In this document: positions 54,987 through 64,000 of the stretch, piece by piece | How the letters are laid out: each line of letters opens with the position of its first letter | Numbering within the stretch: position 1 is the stretch's first letter | Source: an uncultured delta proteobacterium | Lineage (GTDB): Bacteria; Myxococcota; Myxococcia; Myxococcales; Myxococcaceae | Direction: 5' to 3' | Assembly (NCBI GenBank): GCA_963771175.1 | Contig: CAVYSY010000033.1 | Span: 96,001-160,000 of the forward strand | Length of the DNA: 64,000 bases | Made by a program: the position numbers and the translations under genes | Notes under the pieces: model-generated | Databases searched by the model: none | Seen by the model: only the letters and a program-made list of their open reading frames with translations | What the model was told of the DNA's origin: nothing

Positions 54987-55822
54987 TCGGCCTCCCGACC
55001 CGTCGACTTCAGCGGGAAGAAGATGGAGATACCGGCATTGAGGGTCATGATGTTCTGGGTGGCGCCCTTGCTGGTGTTGAGCGGCTGGTCCACGTAGGTC
55101 GTGTTGATGAGCGCCACGTTCACCGCGAGGAAGTCACGGGCCACGAAGCGCAGGCCCAGGCCGAGATCGGTGGCGAGGCTGGGACCACGGGTCTCCACCT
55201 CGGACGTCAGGGGATTGAGCGTCTTGTTACTCGACGTCTCGGTGTTCATCACACCCATGCCGCCCAGCAGGTAGGCGTCGAAGTGGAGGATGGAGTTGAG
55301 GAAGGCCACCTTGCCGTAGAGCGGGCTCCACTCCACGTCGCCCATGGCCGACCACTGGGGCACCGAGTGGTAGATGCGGCTCTGGAAGGTGCGCTTGGCG
55401 ATGCGCACGTCGTCCGAGGACACCACCTCCATCACCGACACACGCGCGGCGACGGCCAGGGTGTCCGCCAGGAAGTACGCCCCACGCACCGAGGCGCCCA
55501 CCTTCGAGTAGTAGGGATCGTTGACCGACAGGGTGACGAAGGGCGCCAGCTCGAAGCGGCCCTTCTTGAGGTACACCTTGCGCTGCACGCTCTTGACGCG
55601 ATCGTCGAGCGTGACGTCGCGCTCGGCCGGCGCGAGCGGCTCGGCGGGGGGTGGCTCCGCCTCCGTGGAGGGCAGCGGGGGCGGCTCCTCCGCGGGCGGC
55701 TCCGAGGCAGTCTCGGTTTCTTCCTGGGGCTTGCTCAGATCGAGTCCGAGCCCCGTGTCTTGGGCAAGTGCTGGCACTGGCGCGAGGCACAGCGCGAGCA
55801 GAATGGCCTGGAGGCGTTTCAC
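54983..55822 (-). CDS. gltB: Gliding motility outer-membrane beta-barrel GltB
   Basis: Paralog of neighbour (LKKGRFE, WSPLYGK, HFDAY); adjacent to cglC. Confidence 0.75.
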   Translation of the reverse strand: MKRLQAILLALCLAPVPALAQDTGLGLDLSKPQEETETASEPPAEEPPPLPSTEAEPPPAEPLAPAERDVTLDDRVKSVQRKVYLKKGRFELAPFVTLSVNDPYYSKVGASVRGAYFLADTLAVAARVSVMEVVSSDDVRIAKRTFQSRIYHSVPQWSAMGDVEWSPLYGKVAFLNSILHFDAYLLGGMGVMNTETSSNKTLNPLTSEVETRGPSLATDLGLGLRFVARDFLAVNVALINTTYVDQPLNTSKGATQNIMTLNAGISIFFPLKSTGREAE

Positions 55823-56099
55823 TTCCGGAAGCTCCGTGGTTGGGGCATCCGCCCACCGATGCAATCGGAATCGGAGGCTGAGGCAGATGCGCATCCTATC
55901 TGTCCCGCTCGGGGCCCATCAACCGATCAAAGCTCGCCTGCTCCCTCTGGAGGCTCGCGCGTATGCCCCCCCGGTATTGTTGCAGAGAGAGCACCCGAGC
56001 CCCTCGCAGCCAGAGCATCCGTGCGACCACGGTACGGTTGGCAGGGAGAGGCGCTGTGCTACGGTGGCCGCCCACATGCGACTCAAGAGGTGTACGTCG

Positions 56100-56588
56100 A
56101 TGTCTTCGCGTCTGGCCCTGTTGGTGAGCGCCGCCCTGCTGTTCGGCGGGTGCAAGGAGACCTCCGATATCGGTAAGCCGTGTCTGTTGGTAAAGCGGGG
56201 AGAAGACGCCAAGGGCGCGACCATTGCCGTGCCCGTCACCCGGGCCGACTTGAAGGACGGTCAGGACTTCGTTTCCTTCGGCTCGCTGGACTGCGAGGAT
56301 CTGGTCTGCGTGCTGGATGCCGACACGCCCGTCGAGGCCGCCGAGAACGGGCAGATCAAGGGCTACTGCAGCAAGGCGTGCAAGGTGGAGACGCTGGACA
56401 CCTGCGCCGTCACCGACCCGGATGCGACGGAGGCCGTGAAGGCCCGCATGGCCTGCCGCCCCCTGCTGTTGGATCAGCAGGCGCTGGAGGACCTGAAGGC
56501 CAACGACCCGGCCACCTACCGCGCGACGTTCGGCGACAACACTTCGCCGTACTTCTGCGCCGCCGAGCCGCCCCCGGCCACCAACTGA
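56100..56588 (+). CDS. cglC: Gliding motility lipoprotein CglC (AgmO/GltK)
   Basis: LFGGC lipobox; IGKPC, CEDLVCV, GYCSKAC, PYFCA; divergent from gltB. Confidence 0.82.
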   Translation: MSSRLALLVSAALLFGGCKETSDIGKPCLLVKRGEDAKGATIAVPVTRADLKDGQDFVSFGSLDCEDLVCVLDADTPVEAAENGQIKGYCSKACKVETLDTCAVTDPDATEAVKARMACRPLLLDQQALEDLKANDPATYRATFGDNTSPYFCAAEPPPATN

Positions 56589-56672
56589 CGTAAACCCGAC
56601 GCGCGAAGACGTAGAACTTTTTCGCGCGCCGGACGTAGACAGCAGGGCCCTCGCCGCAAGGAGCTCTCTGTC

Positions 56673-58073
56673 ATGAACAAGACGGTCGCCTTCATCTCCC
56701 TGGCCGCCGGACTCGCCCTCACCGCCCTGGTGCTGGGCCTGCCCCATGTGGCGCCGCCGCATCCCGCCGAGCCCCACCCCGCCACTCCCCCGGCCACAGC
56801 GACGAACGGCTCGCTCTCCATGACGAGCCGGCTGTCGCACCCCTACATCACCCCGGGCACCACGGACCTCTTCGTCACGGTGGATCTCACCGGCGCGCAG
56901 GTGCCGGGCGCCAAGCGCACCCCGGTGAACCTGGCGGTGGTCATCGACCGCTCGGGCTCGATGAGCGGCTACAAGCTGCAACAGGCGAAGCAGGCCGCGC
57001 GCCACCTGGTCGGGCTGCTGGGTCCGGAGGACCGGCTGGCCATCGTGCACTACGGCTCGGACGTGAAGAGCCTGCCGAGTCTGCCGGCCACGCCCGCCAA
57101 CCGCGAGCGGATGCTCCAGTATGTCGAGGGCATCTGGGACGACGGCGGCACCAACATCGGCGCGGGGTTGCACGCGGGCCGCTCGCACGTGGTGGCCGCG
57201 CGCGGGAACTACTCGGTCAACCGCATCATCCTGCTGAGCGATGGCCAGCCCACCGAGGGCATCACCGATGATGCCGGCCTCACCGAGGTGGTGAAGAGCA
57301 TCCGCGCCGAGGGCATTACCGTGAGCTCCATCGGCGTGGGCACGGACTTCAACGAGGACCTGATGCAGGGCTTCGCCGAGTACGGGGCGGGCGCGTACGG
57401 CTTCCTGGAGGACGCGGGACAGCTCGCCACGCTCTTCCAGAAGGACCTGCAGCAGGCGGCCACCAGCGTGGCGCGCAACGTGGAGCTGTCCTTCGAGCTG
57501 CCCGAGGGCGTGACGCTGGGCGAGGTGCTGGGCTACCGCGCACACCAGGCGGGGCGCACGGTGCGGGTGCCGCTGCCGGACTTCTCCGCGGGCCAGGTGG
57601 AGCGCGTGGTGGCGCGGCTCACGGTGGTGGGCTCGAAGCCGGGCAGCGCGGTGGACGTCACGGGGCTGAAGCTGGCGTACACGGACCTGCTGAAGGACGC
57701 GGCGGTGCAGAGTGGGGCCAGCCTGTCGGCGATGGTGACGGAGCAGCGCGAGGAGATGCTGGCGCGGCAGGACAAGGACGCCACGGTGTACGCCACGCGC
57801 GCGCTGAGCGCGAAGAACCTGAAGCTCGCCGCCGAGGCCCTGCGCGAGGGCCGCAAGGAGGAGGCCAAGGGGTATGTGATGCAGAACCAGGCCCTCTTCG
57901 AGCAGGCCGGCGCGGTGGCCAGCCCCGCGGCGGTGGCCGAGGACCTCGCCGAGCAGAAGGCCGTCCTCCAGGACTACGAGCAGGCGGACAGCGACGAGGC
58001 GGTGGGCACGGCGGTGAAGCGCTCGAAGGCCAAGGCGATGAAGAGCTTCGGCAAGCTCGGCTCCACCTACTGA
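56673..58073 (+). CDS. VWA domain protein (YfbK-like)
   Basis: DRSGSMSG MIDAS, GGTN, LLSDGQP. Confidence 0.88.
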   Translation: MNKTVAFISLAAGLALTALVLGLPHVAPPHPAEPHPATPPATATNGSLSMTSRLSHPYITPGTTDLFVTVDLTGAQVPGAKRTPVNLAVVIDRSGSMSGYKLQQAKQAARHLVGLLGPEDRLAIVHYGSDVKSLPSLPATPANRERMLQYVEGIWDDGGTNIGAGLHAGRSHVVAARGNYSVNRIILLSDGQPTEGITDDAGLTEVVKSIRAEGITVSSIGVGTDFNEDLMQGFAEYGAGAYGFLEDAGQLATLFQKDLQQAATSVARNVELSFELPEGVTLGEVLGYRAHQAGRTVRVPLPDFSAGQVERVVARLTVVGSKPGSAVDVTGLKLAYTDLLKDAAVQSGASLSAMVTEQREEMLARQDKDATVYATRALSAKNLKLAAEALREGRKEEAKGYVMQNQALFEQAGAVASPAAVAEDLAEQKAVLQDYEQADSDEAVGTAVKRSKAKAMKSFGKLGSTY

Positions 58074-58202
58074 CCCACATCCCCTCCCCTGCCCCCTTGC
58101 CCGCCGGTCCACACTTCCGTGTTGACCGGCGGAATCGCCCCGCCCTATCTCCGCGTTCCTCGTTCCTCCTGGCACCACCAGGAGGACGCACCGGAGGCGA
58201 GC

Positions 58203-58697
58203 TTGAGCGCGGACACACCGTGGGTGGGCGTCATCATGGGGGGCAAGAGTGACCTGGAGCACCTGCGCCCCGGAATCGACGTGCTGAAGGAGCTGGCCAT
58301 TCCGCATGAGGTGCGGGTGGTGTCGGCCCATCGCACGCCGGACTGGATGATGCAGTACGCGGAGACGGCGGAGGCCCGCGGGCTGTCCGTCATCATCGCG
58401 GCGGCGGGAGGCGCGGCCCACCTGCCGGGCATGGTGGCGAGCAAGACGCTGCTGCCGGTGCTCGGCGTGCCCATCCCCGCCACCGTGCTCAACGGCTTCG
58501 ACGCGCTCATGTCCATCGTCCAGATGCCCAAGGGCGTGCCCGTGGGCACCATGGCCATCGGCAAGCCGGGCGCCATCAACGCCGCCCTGTACGCCGCCTC
58601 CATCCTGTCGCTCAAGTATCCGGAGCTGCGCCCGCGGCTGGCCGCCTGGCGTCAGGCCCGCACCGACGAAGTGCTTCGAGACAGGGAGCTCTCATGA
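58203..58697 (+). CDS. purE: N5-CAIR mutase
   Basis: [34 protein letters not shown]. Confidence 0.95.
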   Translation: MSADTPWVGVIMGGKSDLEHLRPGIDVLKELAIPHEVRVVSAHRTPDWMMQYAETAEARGLSVIIAAAGGAAHLPGMVASKTLLPVLGVPIPATVLNGFDALMSIVQMPKGVPVGTMAIGKPGAINAALYAASILSLKYPELRPRLAAWRQARTDEVLRDRELS

Positions 58698-59836
58698 ACA
58701 AGAAGACCATTCTCCCGGGCGGCACGCTCGGCATCCTCGGTGGCGGGCAGCTCGGCCGGATGATGGCGCAGGCCGCGCGCACGCTCGGCTACCAGGTGCA
58801 GGCGTTGGATCCGGACCCCGCCTGCTCCTCCCGCTTCGTGGTGGACCAGTGCTACACGGCCGACTTCGGCAACGTGGAGCAGGCCACCCGGCTCGCCCGA
58901 TCGAGCGACGTGGTGACGCTGGAGATCGAGAAGATTCCGCTGACCACCCTGCGCGCGGTGGAGACCCACGCGCCGATGCGGCCGGGCCCCTCGGTGCTCG
59001 AGGTGGTGCAGCACCGCGGGCGTCAGCGGGCATGGCTGGCGAAGCACGGCTTCCCCCAGGGACCGTGGAGGCAGGCGGACTCCGAGGAGGCGCTGGCCGC
59101 GGCGGTCACCGAGCTGGGCGGGCGCTGCTTCGTGAAGTCCTGCGAGGGTGGCTATGACGGCCGGGGCCAGTACCAGGTGAAGTCGGCCGCCGAGGCCCCT
59201 CAGGCCTGGCGCGAGCTGGGTCAGCAGTCGGTGGTGGTGGAGGCCGCGCTGGACCTGGAGTCCGAGCTGTCCGTGCTGGTGGCGCGCGCGCCCAATGGTG
59301 AGACGGCGGTGTACCCGCCGGCCTACAACCACCACGAGGAGCGGATCCTCGACTGGTCCCTGCTGCCGGGACAGGTGCCGCCCCAGGTGGTTTCCCAGGC
59401 GACGGAGATCGCCCGCACCATGTCGGCGGCGCTGAGCGTCGAGGGCCTGCTGGTGGTGGAGCTGTTCCTGCTGAAGGACGGACGGCTGCTGGTGAACGAG
59501 CTGGCGCCGCGCCCGCACAACAGCTTCCACGCCACGGAGGTGGCGTGCCTCACCAGCCAGTTCGAGCAGGCGGTGCGCGCGGTGTGCAACCTGCCGCTGG
59601 GCTCGGTGGAGGTGGTGCGGCCAGCGGCCATCGTCAACCTGCTGGGCGACCTGTGGCTGCGCGAGGGCGGACCGAAGTTCGAGCACGTTCTCGCCATGCC
59701 GGGCGTGCGGCTGCACCTCTACGGCAAGCGCGAGGCGCGCAAGGGCCGGAAGATGGGGCACCTGTCCGCCGTGGGCCACACGCCCGAGGAAGCCGTGGCC
59801 CGCGTCAAGGCCGCCCGCGCGGCGCTGGGGGCGTGA
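58694..59836 (+). CDS. purK: N5-CAIR synthase
   Basis: [40 protein letters not shown]. Confidence 0.95.
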   Translation: MNKKTILPGGTLGILGGGQLGRMMAQAARTLGYQVQALDPDPACSSRFVVDQCYTADFGNVEQATRLARSSDVVTLEIEKIPLTTLRAVETHAPMRPGPSVLEVVQHRGRQRAWLAKHGFPQGPWRQADSEEALAAAVTELGGRCFVKSCEGGYDGRGQYQVKSAAEAPQAWRELGQQSVVVEAALDLESELSVLVARAPNGETAVYPPAYNHHEERILDWSLLPGQVPPQVVSQATEIARTMSAALSVEGLLVVELFLLKDGRLLVNELAPRPHNSFHATEVACLTSQFEQAVRAVCNLPLGSVEVVRPAAIVNLLGDLWLREGGPKFEHVLAMPGVRLHLYGKREARKGRKMGHLSAVGHTPEEAVARVKAARAALGA

Positions 59837-59840
59837 GACC

Positions 59841-60317
59841 GTGAAGACGAACGCGGCCCGGCTGCTCGATACGCTCGGCGTCCGCTACGAGCTGCGCGAC
59901 TACGACGTGGACCCGGAGGACCTGTCCGCCGAGACGGTGGCCGCCAAGGTGGGCATGCCCCCGGAGCAGGTCTTCAAGACGCTCGTGGCGCGCGGGGACA
60001 GGACCGGCGTGCTCATGGCCGTGGTGCCGGGCAACGGGGAGCTGGACCTCAAGGCGCTCGCGAGGCTGAGCGGCGACCGGAAGGTGGACACCGTGCCACT
60101 CAAGGAGCTCCAGCCGCTGACGGGCTACATCCGCGGCGGCGTCACGGCCATCGGGGGCAAGAAGGACTACCCCGTGTTCGTGGACGAGACGCTCGAGCTG
60201 TTCGACGTCGTCGCCGTGTCCGCGGGAGTGCGGGGGACGCAGCTCGTCCTCGCCCCCGCGGACTACCTGCGCGTCACCAAGGGCAAGGTGGGGCCCATCT
60301 CGCGCGACAAGGCATAG
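59841..60317 (+). CDS. ybaK: Cys-tRNA(Pro) deacylase
   Basis: [26 protein letters not shown]. Confidence 0.92.
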   Translation: MKTNAARLLDTLGVRYELRDYDVDPEDLSAETVAAKVGMPPEQVFKTLVARGDRTGVLMAVVPGNGELDLKALARLSGDRKVDTVPLKELQPLTGYIRGGVTAIGGKKDYPVFVDETLELFDVVAVSAGVRGTQLVLAPADYLRVTKGKVGPISRDKA

Positions 60318-60320
60318 GGC

Positions 60321-61337
60321 TCACTCCGGGACGAGCAGCACCTTCCCGGAGGTCATGTCCTCCGCCGCCAGCTTCACCGCTTCCTTCGCCTTCCCCAGCC
60401 CCAGCCGAGTCCGCACCGGCGTCTCCATCTCGCGCCCGAAGAGCGACGGCACGCCCATGAGCGCCCGGAGTTGCTTGGGGCCGAAGCGGCCCTGGAGGAA
60501 CCAGTCCGCCAGCCAGAAGCCCTCCACCCGCTTGCGCTCGAAGATGAGCGCTCCCGCGGGGACGTCGCACGGCGCGTCCGACAGCGCGCCATACACCGTC
60601 ACGCACCCGCCCGAGGGCATGGCCCGCAGGAGCTGCCCCGTCATCGCCCCCGCCACCGCGTCGAAGGCCAGCGTCACGCCCAGCCGGTGGAACAGCTCGC
60701 GCAGCCGCTCGTCGAAGCCCGGCTCGCTGCTGTTCACCACGTGCTCCGCTCCCAGCCTGCGCAGCAGCTCCGCCTGCTCCTGGCGACGCACCACGTTCAC
60801 CAGGGGAATGCGCTCGCGCTGCGACAGCTTCAGCATCATCCGCCCCAGCGAGCTCGCCGCCGCCGTCTGCGCCACCGCGCGGTGCTTGCCCCCCCGCGCC
60901 TGGTCCATCAACACCCAGGCCGTGAACGGGTTGACGAAGAGCGTCGCCCCCTGCTCGTCGCTGATGTGCTCGCGCAGGGGCAGGCAGTGCCCCCACGGCA
61001 CCCGGACGTACTCCGCCCACGACCCGTCCCCCTGCACCGGGGCCCCGAACCCCACCCGCCGGCCCACCAGCAGGCGCCCGGCGAGGCCTCCCGCCGCCAC
61101 CACCGTGCCGCTCCCCTCGAAGCCCGGCACCGTGGGCAGCGCCTTCTTCAGCCCGTAGGCGCCTCGCAGGAACATCAGGTCCGAGGGGTTGATGGGTGCC
61201 GCCGCCAGTCGCACCAGCACCTCGCTCGGGCCCGGCTTCGGCACCGGGCGCTCCTCCACCTTCAGCGACTCCGGCCGCCCGTCGTATGCCGTGAGGACGA
61301 CCGCACGCATCGTCTCGGGGATGCTCGGTTGATTCAT
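60321..61337 (-). CDS. MDR-family (zinc-binding dehydrogenase/quinone oxidoreductase-like) protein
   Basis: [27 protein letters not shown]. Confidence 0.88.
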   Translation of the reverse strand: MNQPSIPETMRAVVLTAYDGRPESLKVEERPVPKPGPSEVLVRLAAAPINPSDLMFLRGAYGLKKALPTVPGFEGSGTVVAAGGLAGRLLVGRRVGFGAPVQGDGSWAEYVRVPWGHCLPLREHISDEQGATLFVNPFTAWVLMDQARGGKHRAVAQTAAASSLGRMMLKLSQRERIPLVNVVRRQEQAELLRRLGAEHVVNSSEPGFDERLRELFHRLGVTLAFDAVAGAMTGQLLRAMPSGGCVTVYGALSDAPCDVPAGALIFERKRVEGFWLADWFLQGRFGPKQLRALMGVPSLFGREMETPVRTRLGLGKAKEAVKLAAEDMTSGKVLLVPE

Positions 61338-61571
61338 GAATCGAATCCTACCGCCCCCCCTCACGTGGCCCTCGAAATTCTCGCCCGCTCCGAGAACAGG
61401 TCTCCGAGGAGAGGCGCGCGAGCACCTTCCTCTTCGAGCACCTGGGTGTCACCTGGGCAACAGTGCCCCCTCCCTCGTGAGCCCTTGTCAGGCCCTCCAG
61501 TCAGGCACCAAGATGTCCGCCCCTCCTCGCGCCACGCCCCGCCGGGCCGCTGGATGGCACCCCTGCTCCGC

Positions 61572-63357
61572 ATGCCACTGACACCATTCGAGACCCCGTA
61601 TCTGTTCTTCACTGGCAAGGGAGGGGTGGGCAAGACATCGCTCGCATGCGCGACAGCCATCCATCTGGCGGATGCGGGCAGACGCGTGCTGCTCGTCAGC
61701 ACGGACCCGGCCTCCAACCTGGATGAGATGCTGGGCGTTGAGCTGTCGCGCCAGCCGAGGGCCATTCTCGGGTGTCCCGGGCCTGATGGCGCTCAACATC
61801 GACCCCGAGGCCGCCGCCGAGGCCTACCGGGAGCGTGTCATCGCCCCCTACCGCGGGCAGGTTCCCGAGAAGGAGGTGGAGAAGATTCGCGAGGAGCTGT
61901 CCGGCGCCTGCACCACCGAGATCGCCGCGTTCGACGAATTCGCGGGGCTCCTCGAAGAGACGTGGCGCCAACAATTCGACCACGTGGTGTTCGACACGGC
62001 CCCGACAGGACACACCCTGCGGTTGCTCAGCCTGCCCCGGGCCTGGACCCATTTCCTCGACAACAACACCCGTGGCGCCTCCTGCCTCGGACCCCACTCG
62101 GGGCTCACGATGCAGCGGGATCGCTTCGCCGCGGCCCTCGCCGCCCTCTCCGATCCCCACCTCACGACAGTCGTGCTCTGCACGCGGCCGGAGCGGGCGG
62201 CACTCCAGGAGGCGGAACGAACCTCCAGCGAGTTACGCGCCCTGGGGCTGGCCCACCAGCGACTGATCATCAACGGTGTCTTCCGGGCGACGAACCCGTC
62301 CGATCCCGTCGCCCTGGCCATCGAGGACCGGGAGAGGCAGGCACTCGCGCGGATGCCGCCAGCGCTCCATTCGCTCCCCACTGAAGAGGTGCCGCTGCGG
62401 GCCTTCAACATGCTCGGCATCGAACGCCTCCGGGCCTTGCTCGACTCCACGCAGCCGCCTCTCGGCGCCGGGCTCCCGGAGCTACCGCCCCTCCCCACGC
62501 GCTCGCTCTCCGGGCTCATCGACGAGCTCGCCGCGCCCGGCCATGGGCTCATCCTCGTCATGGGCAAGGGCGGCGTCGGAAAGACCACGCTCGCCTGCGC
62601 CATCGCCGCGGAGCTCGCCACCCGAGGCCACCACGTCCACCTGAGCACCACGGATCCTGCGGCCCATGTCGCCTCGACCCTCGCGGGCACCCTTCCGAAC
62701 CTCGAGGTGAGCCGGATCGATCCACGCGCCGAGACCCAGGCCTATATCGAGAAGACCCTGCGCCGCCGTGAAGCGGAGCTGGATGAGGAGGGCCGCGCGC
62801 TCCTGCTGGAGGACCTGGCCTCCCCCTGCACCGAGGAGGTCGCTGTCTTCCACGCATTCTCCCACCTCGTCTCCGAGGCACGCTCCTCGTTCGTGGTGCT
62901 CGATACGGCCCCGACGGGCCACACACTCCTCCTGCTCGACGCCACCGGTGCCTACCACCGGCAGATGACGCGCACCCTGCGGCCAGAACATGGGAGGCTG
63001 ATCACACCGCTCATGCGCCTGCAAGACCCGGCCTACACCCGCCTCCTCCTGGTCGCGCTCCCCGAGACGACTCCCGTCTCGGAGGCCGCGCACCTGCAAG
63101 AGGATCTCCGCCGCGCGGGCATCGAACCCTGGGCATGGCTCATCAACAACAGCCTGCTCGCCACGGGCAGCGAGGATCCCCTCCTGCGCGAGCGGATGAG
63201 GGCCGAGGTCGAGCAGGTGGTCCGGGTGGCGCGCGACCAGGCCCGGCGCGTCGTGCTCGTCCCGTGGATGGCCGAGGAGCCCACGGGGTTGGAGCGGCTC
63301 CACGCACTCGTGGACCACGGAGCCCCGGGCAAGCCGCAGCCCCTTCAGAGCCCGTGA
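61572..63357 (+). CDS. arsA: Arsenical pump-driving ATPase ArsA, frameshift ~61760
   Basis: Two GKGGVGKT and two DTAPTGH motifs; metalloid-site Cys in SGACTTE, GASCLGP, SPCTEE. Confidence 0.92.
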
Positions 63358-63394
63358 AGCGGAGGGGCTCGTGACCGGCTCCCGGGCCGGCGCG

Positions 63395-64000
63395 TCAGAA
63401 CGCGAGGACCACTCGCCCCTCGAGCTCGCCGGACTTCATCCGCGCGAAGATGTCATTGATGGACTCCAGCGGCGCCTGGGTGAAGGTGGTTCGGACCTTG
63501 CCCTCCGCCCCGAACTGGAGCGCCTCGGCGAGATCGGCGCGCGAGCCCACGATGGAGCCCCGGATCGTCAACCGCTTGAGCACCACGTCGAAGATGTGCG
63601 CGGTGAAGTCGCCCGGAGGCAGACCGACCAGCACCACCGTGCCCCGCCGACGTACCATGCCAACGGCCTGGGAGAAGGCCTGTGGAGAGACGGCCGTGAC
63701 GAGCACCGCGTGAGCACCGCCGAGCTCGTTCGCCACCCGGGCCACGGGGTCCTCCTGCCGCGCGTTGATGGTGAGCTCGGCGCCCAGGCGACGGGCCAGG
63801 GCCAGCTTGCCGTCGGCGACATCCACCGCGGCCACGTGCAGTCCCATGGCCCGGGCGTACTGCACCGCCATGTGGCCCAGCCCGCCGATGCCGGAGATGA
63901 CGACCCACTGGCCCGGCCGCGCCTCCGTCTCCTTGAGCCCCTTGTAGACGGTGACTCCCGCGCAGAGCAGGGGCGCCCCCTCGGCGAAGCCCACTCCCTT
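63395..64000 (-). CDS. adhP: Zinc alcohol dehydrogenase (AdhP-type), truncated by window end
   Basis: APLLCAGVTVYKGLK, GIGGLGH, IRGSIVG, GRVV. Confidence 0.88.
   Translation of the reverse strand, partial: KGVGFAEGAPLLCAGVTVYKGLKETEARPGQWVVISGIGGLGHMAVQYARAMGLHVAAVDVADGKLALARRLGAELTINARQEDPVARVANELGGAHAVLVTAVSPQAFSQAVGMVRRRGTVVLVGLPPGDFTAHIFDVVLKRLTIRGSIVGSRADLAEALQFGAEGKVRTTFTQAPLESINDIFARMKSGELEGRVVLAF

Noticed and set aside
52137..56588. glt/cglC cluster as a novel system
   Set aside because: Well-described myxobacterial gliding motility genes

Overview
High-GC chromosomal window from a myxobacterium (Cystobacterineae, Archangium/Cystobacter-like by gene content: gltABC/cglC gliding cluster, MYXO-CTERM protein, several Ser/Thr kinases). 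A housekeeping backbone (M61 peptidase, rnhB, acs, moaDE, asd-like, tsaB, rlpA, rseP, cdsA, uppS, rluA-family, dinB, pcnB, plsX, glt/cglC, purEK, ybaK) is interrupted by accessory DNA. (1) A ~3 kb lower-GC island, 5348-8321, sits between 69-bp direct repeats that duplicate a gene 3' end. It holds a coupled pair: a DUF262/GmrSD-type protein with an apparently degenerate HNH region, and a HipA kinase with no HipB. This is a candidate unnamed defence/TA system. (2) A Cache-only sensor plus chemoreceptor pair follows twin palindromes. (3) A mosaic hotspot at ~34.4-50 kb contains a duplicated yjjX around a VOC cassette, gene remnants, two divergent HEAT/Cys-rich lipoprotein paralogs and an atypical periplasmic nitrate reductase cluster. 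The cluster is napD-napA-tetraheme napB-napF-like-unknown ORF, transcribed back-to-back from mirror sigma54 promoters with a tetraheme cytochrome c + DsrO/NrfC-like + DsrP/NrfD-like module; no napC or napH is visible. Many genes carry single-base frameshifts, very densely at 38.6-44.3 kb, most likely long-read indel errors. No rRNA, tRNA, CRISPR array, integrase or transposase was recognised.
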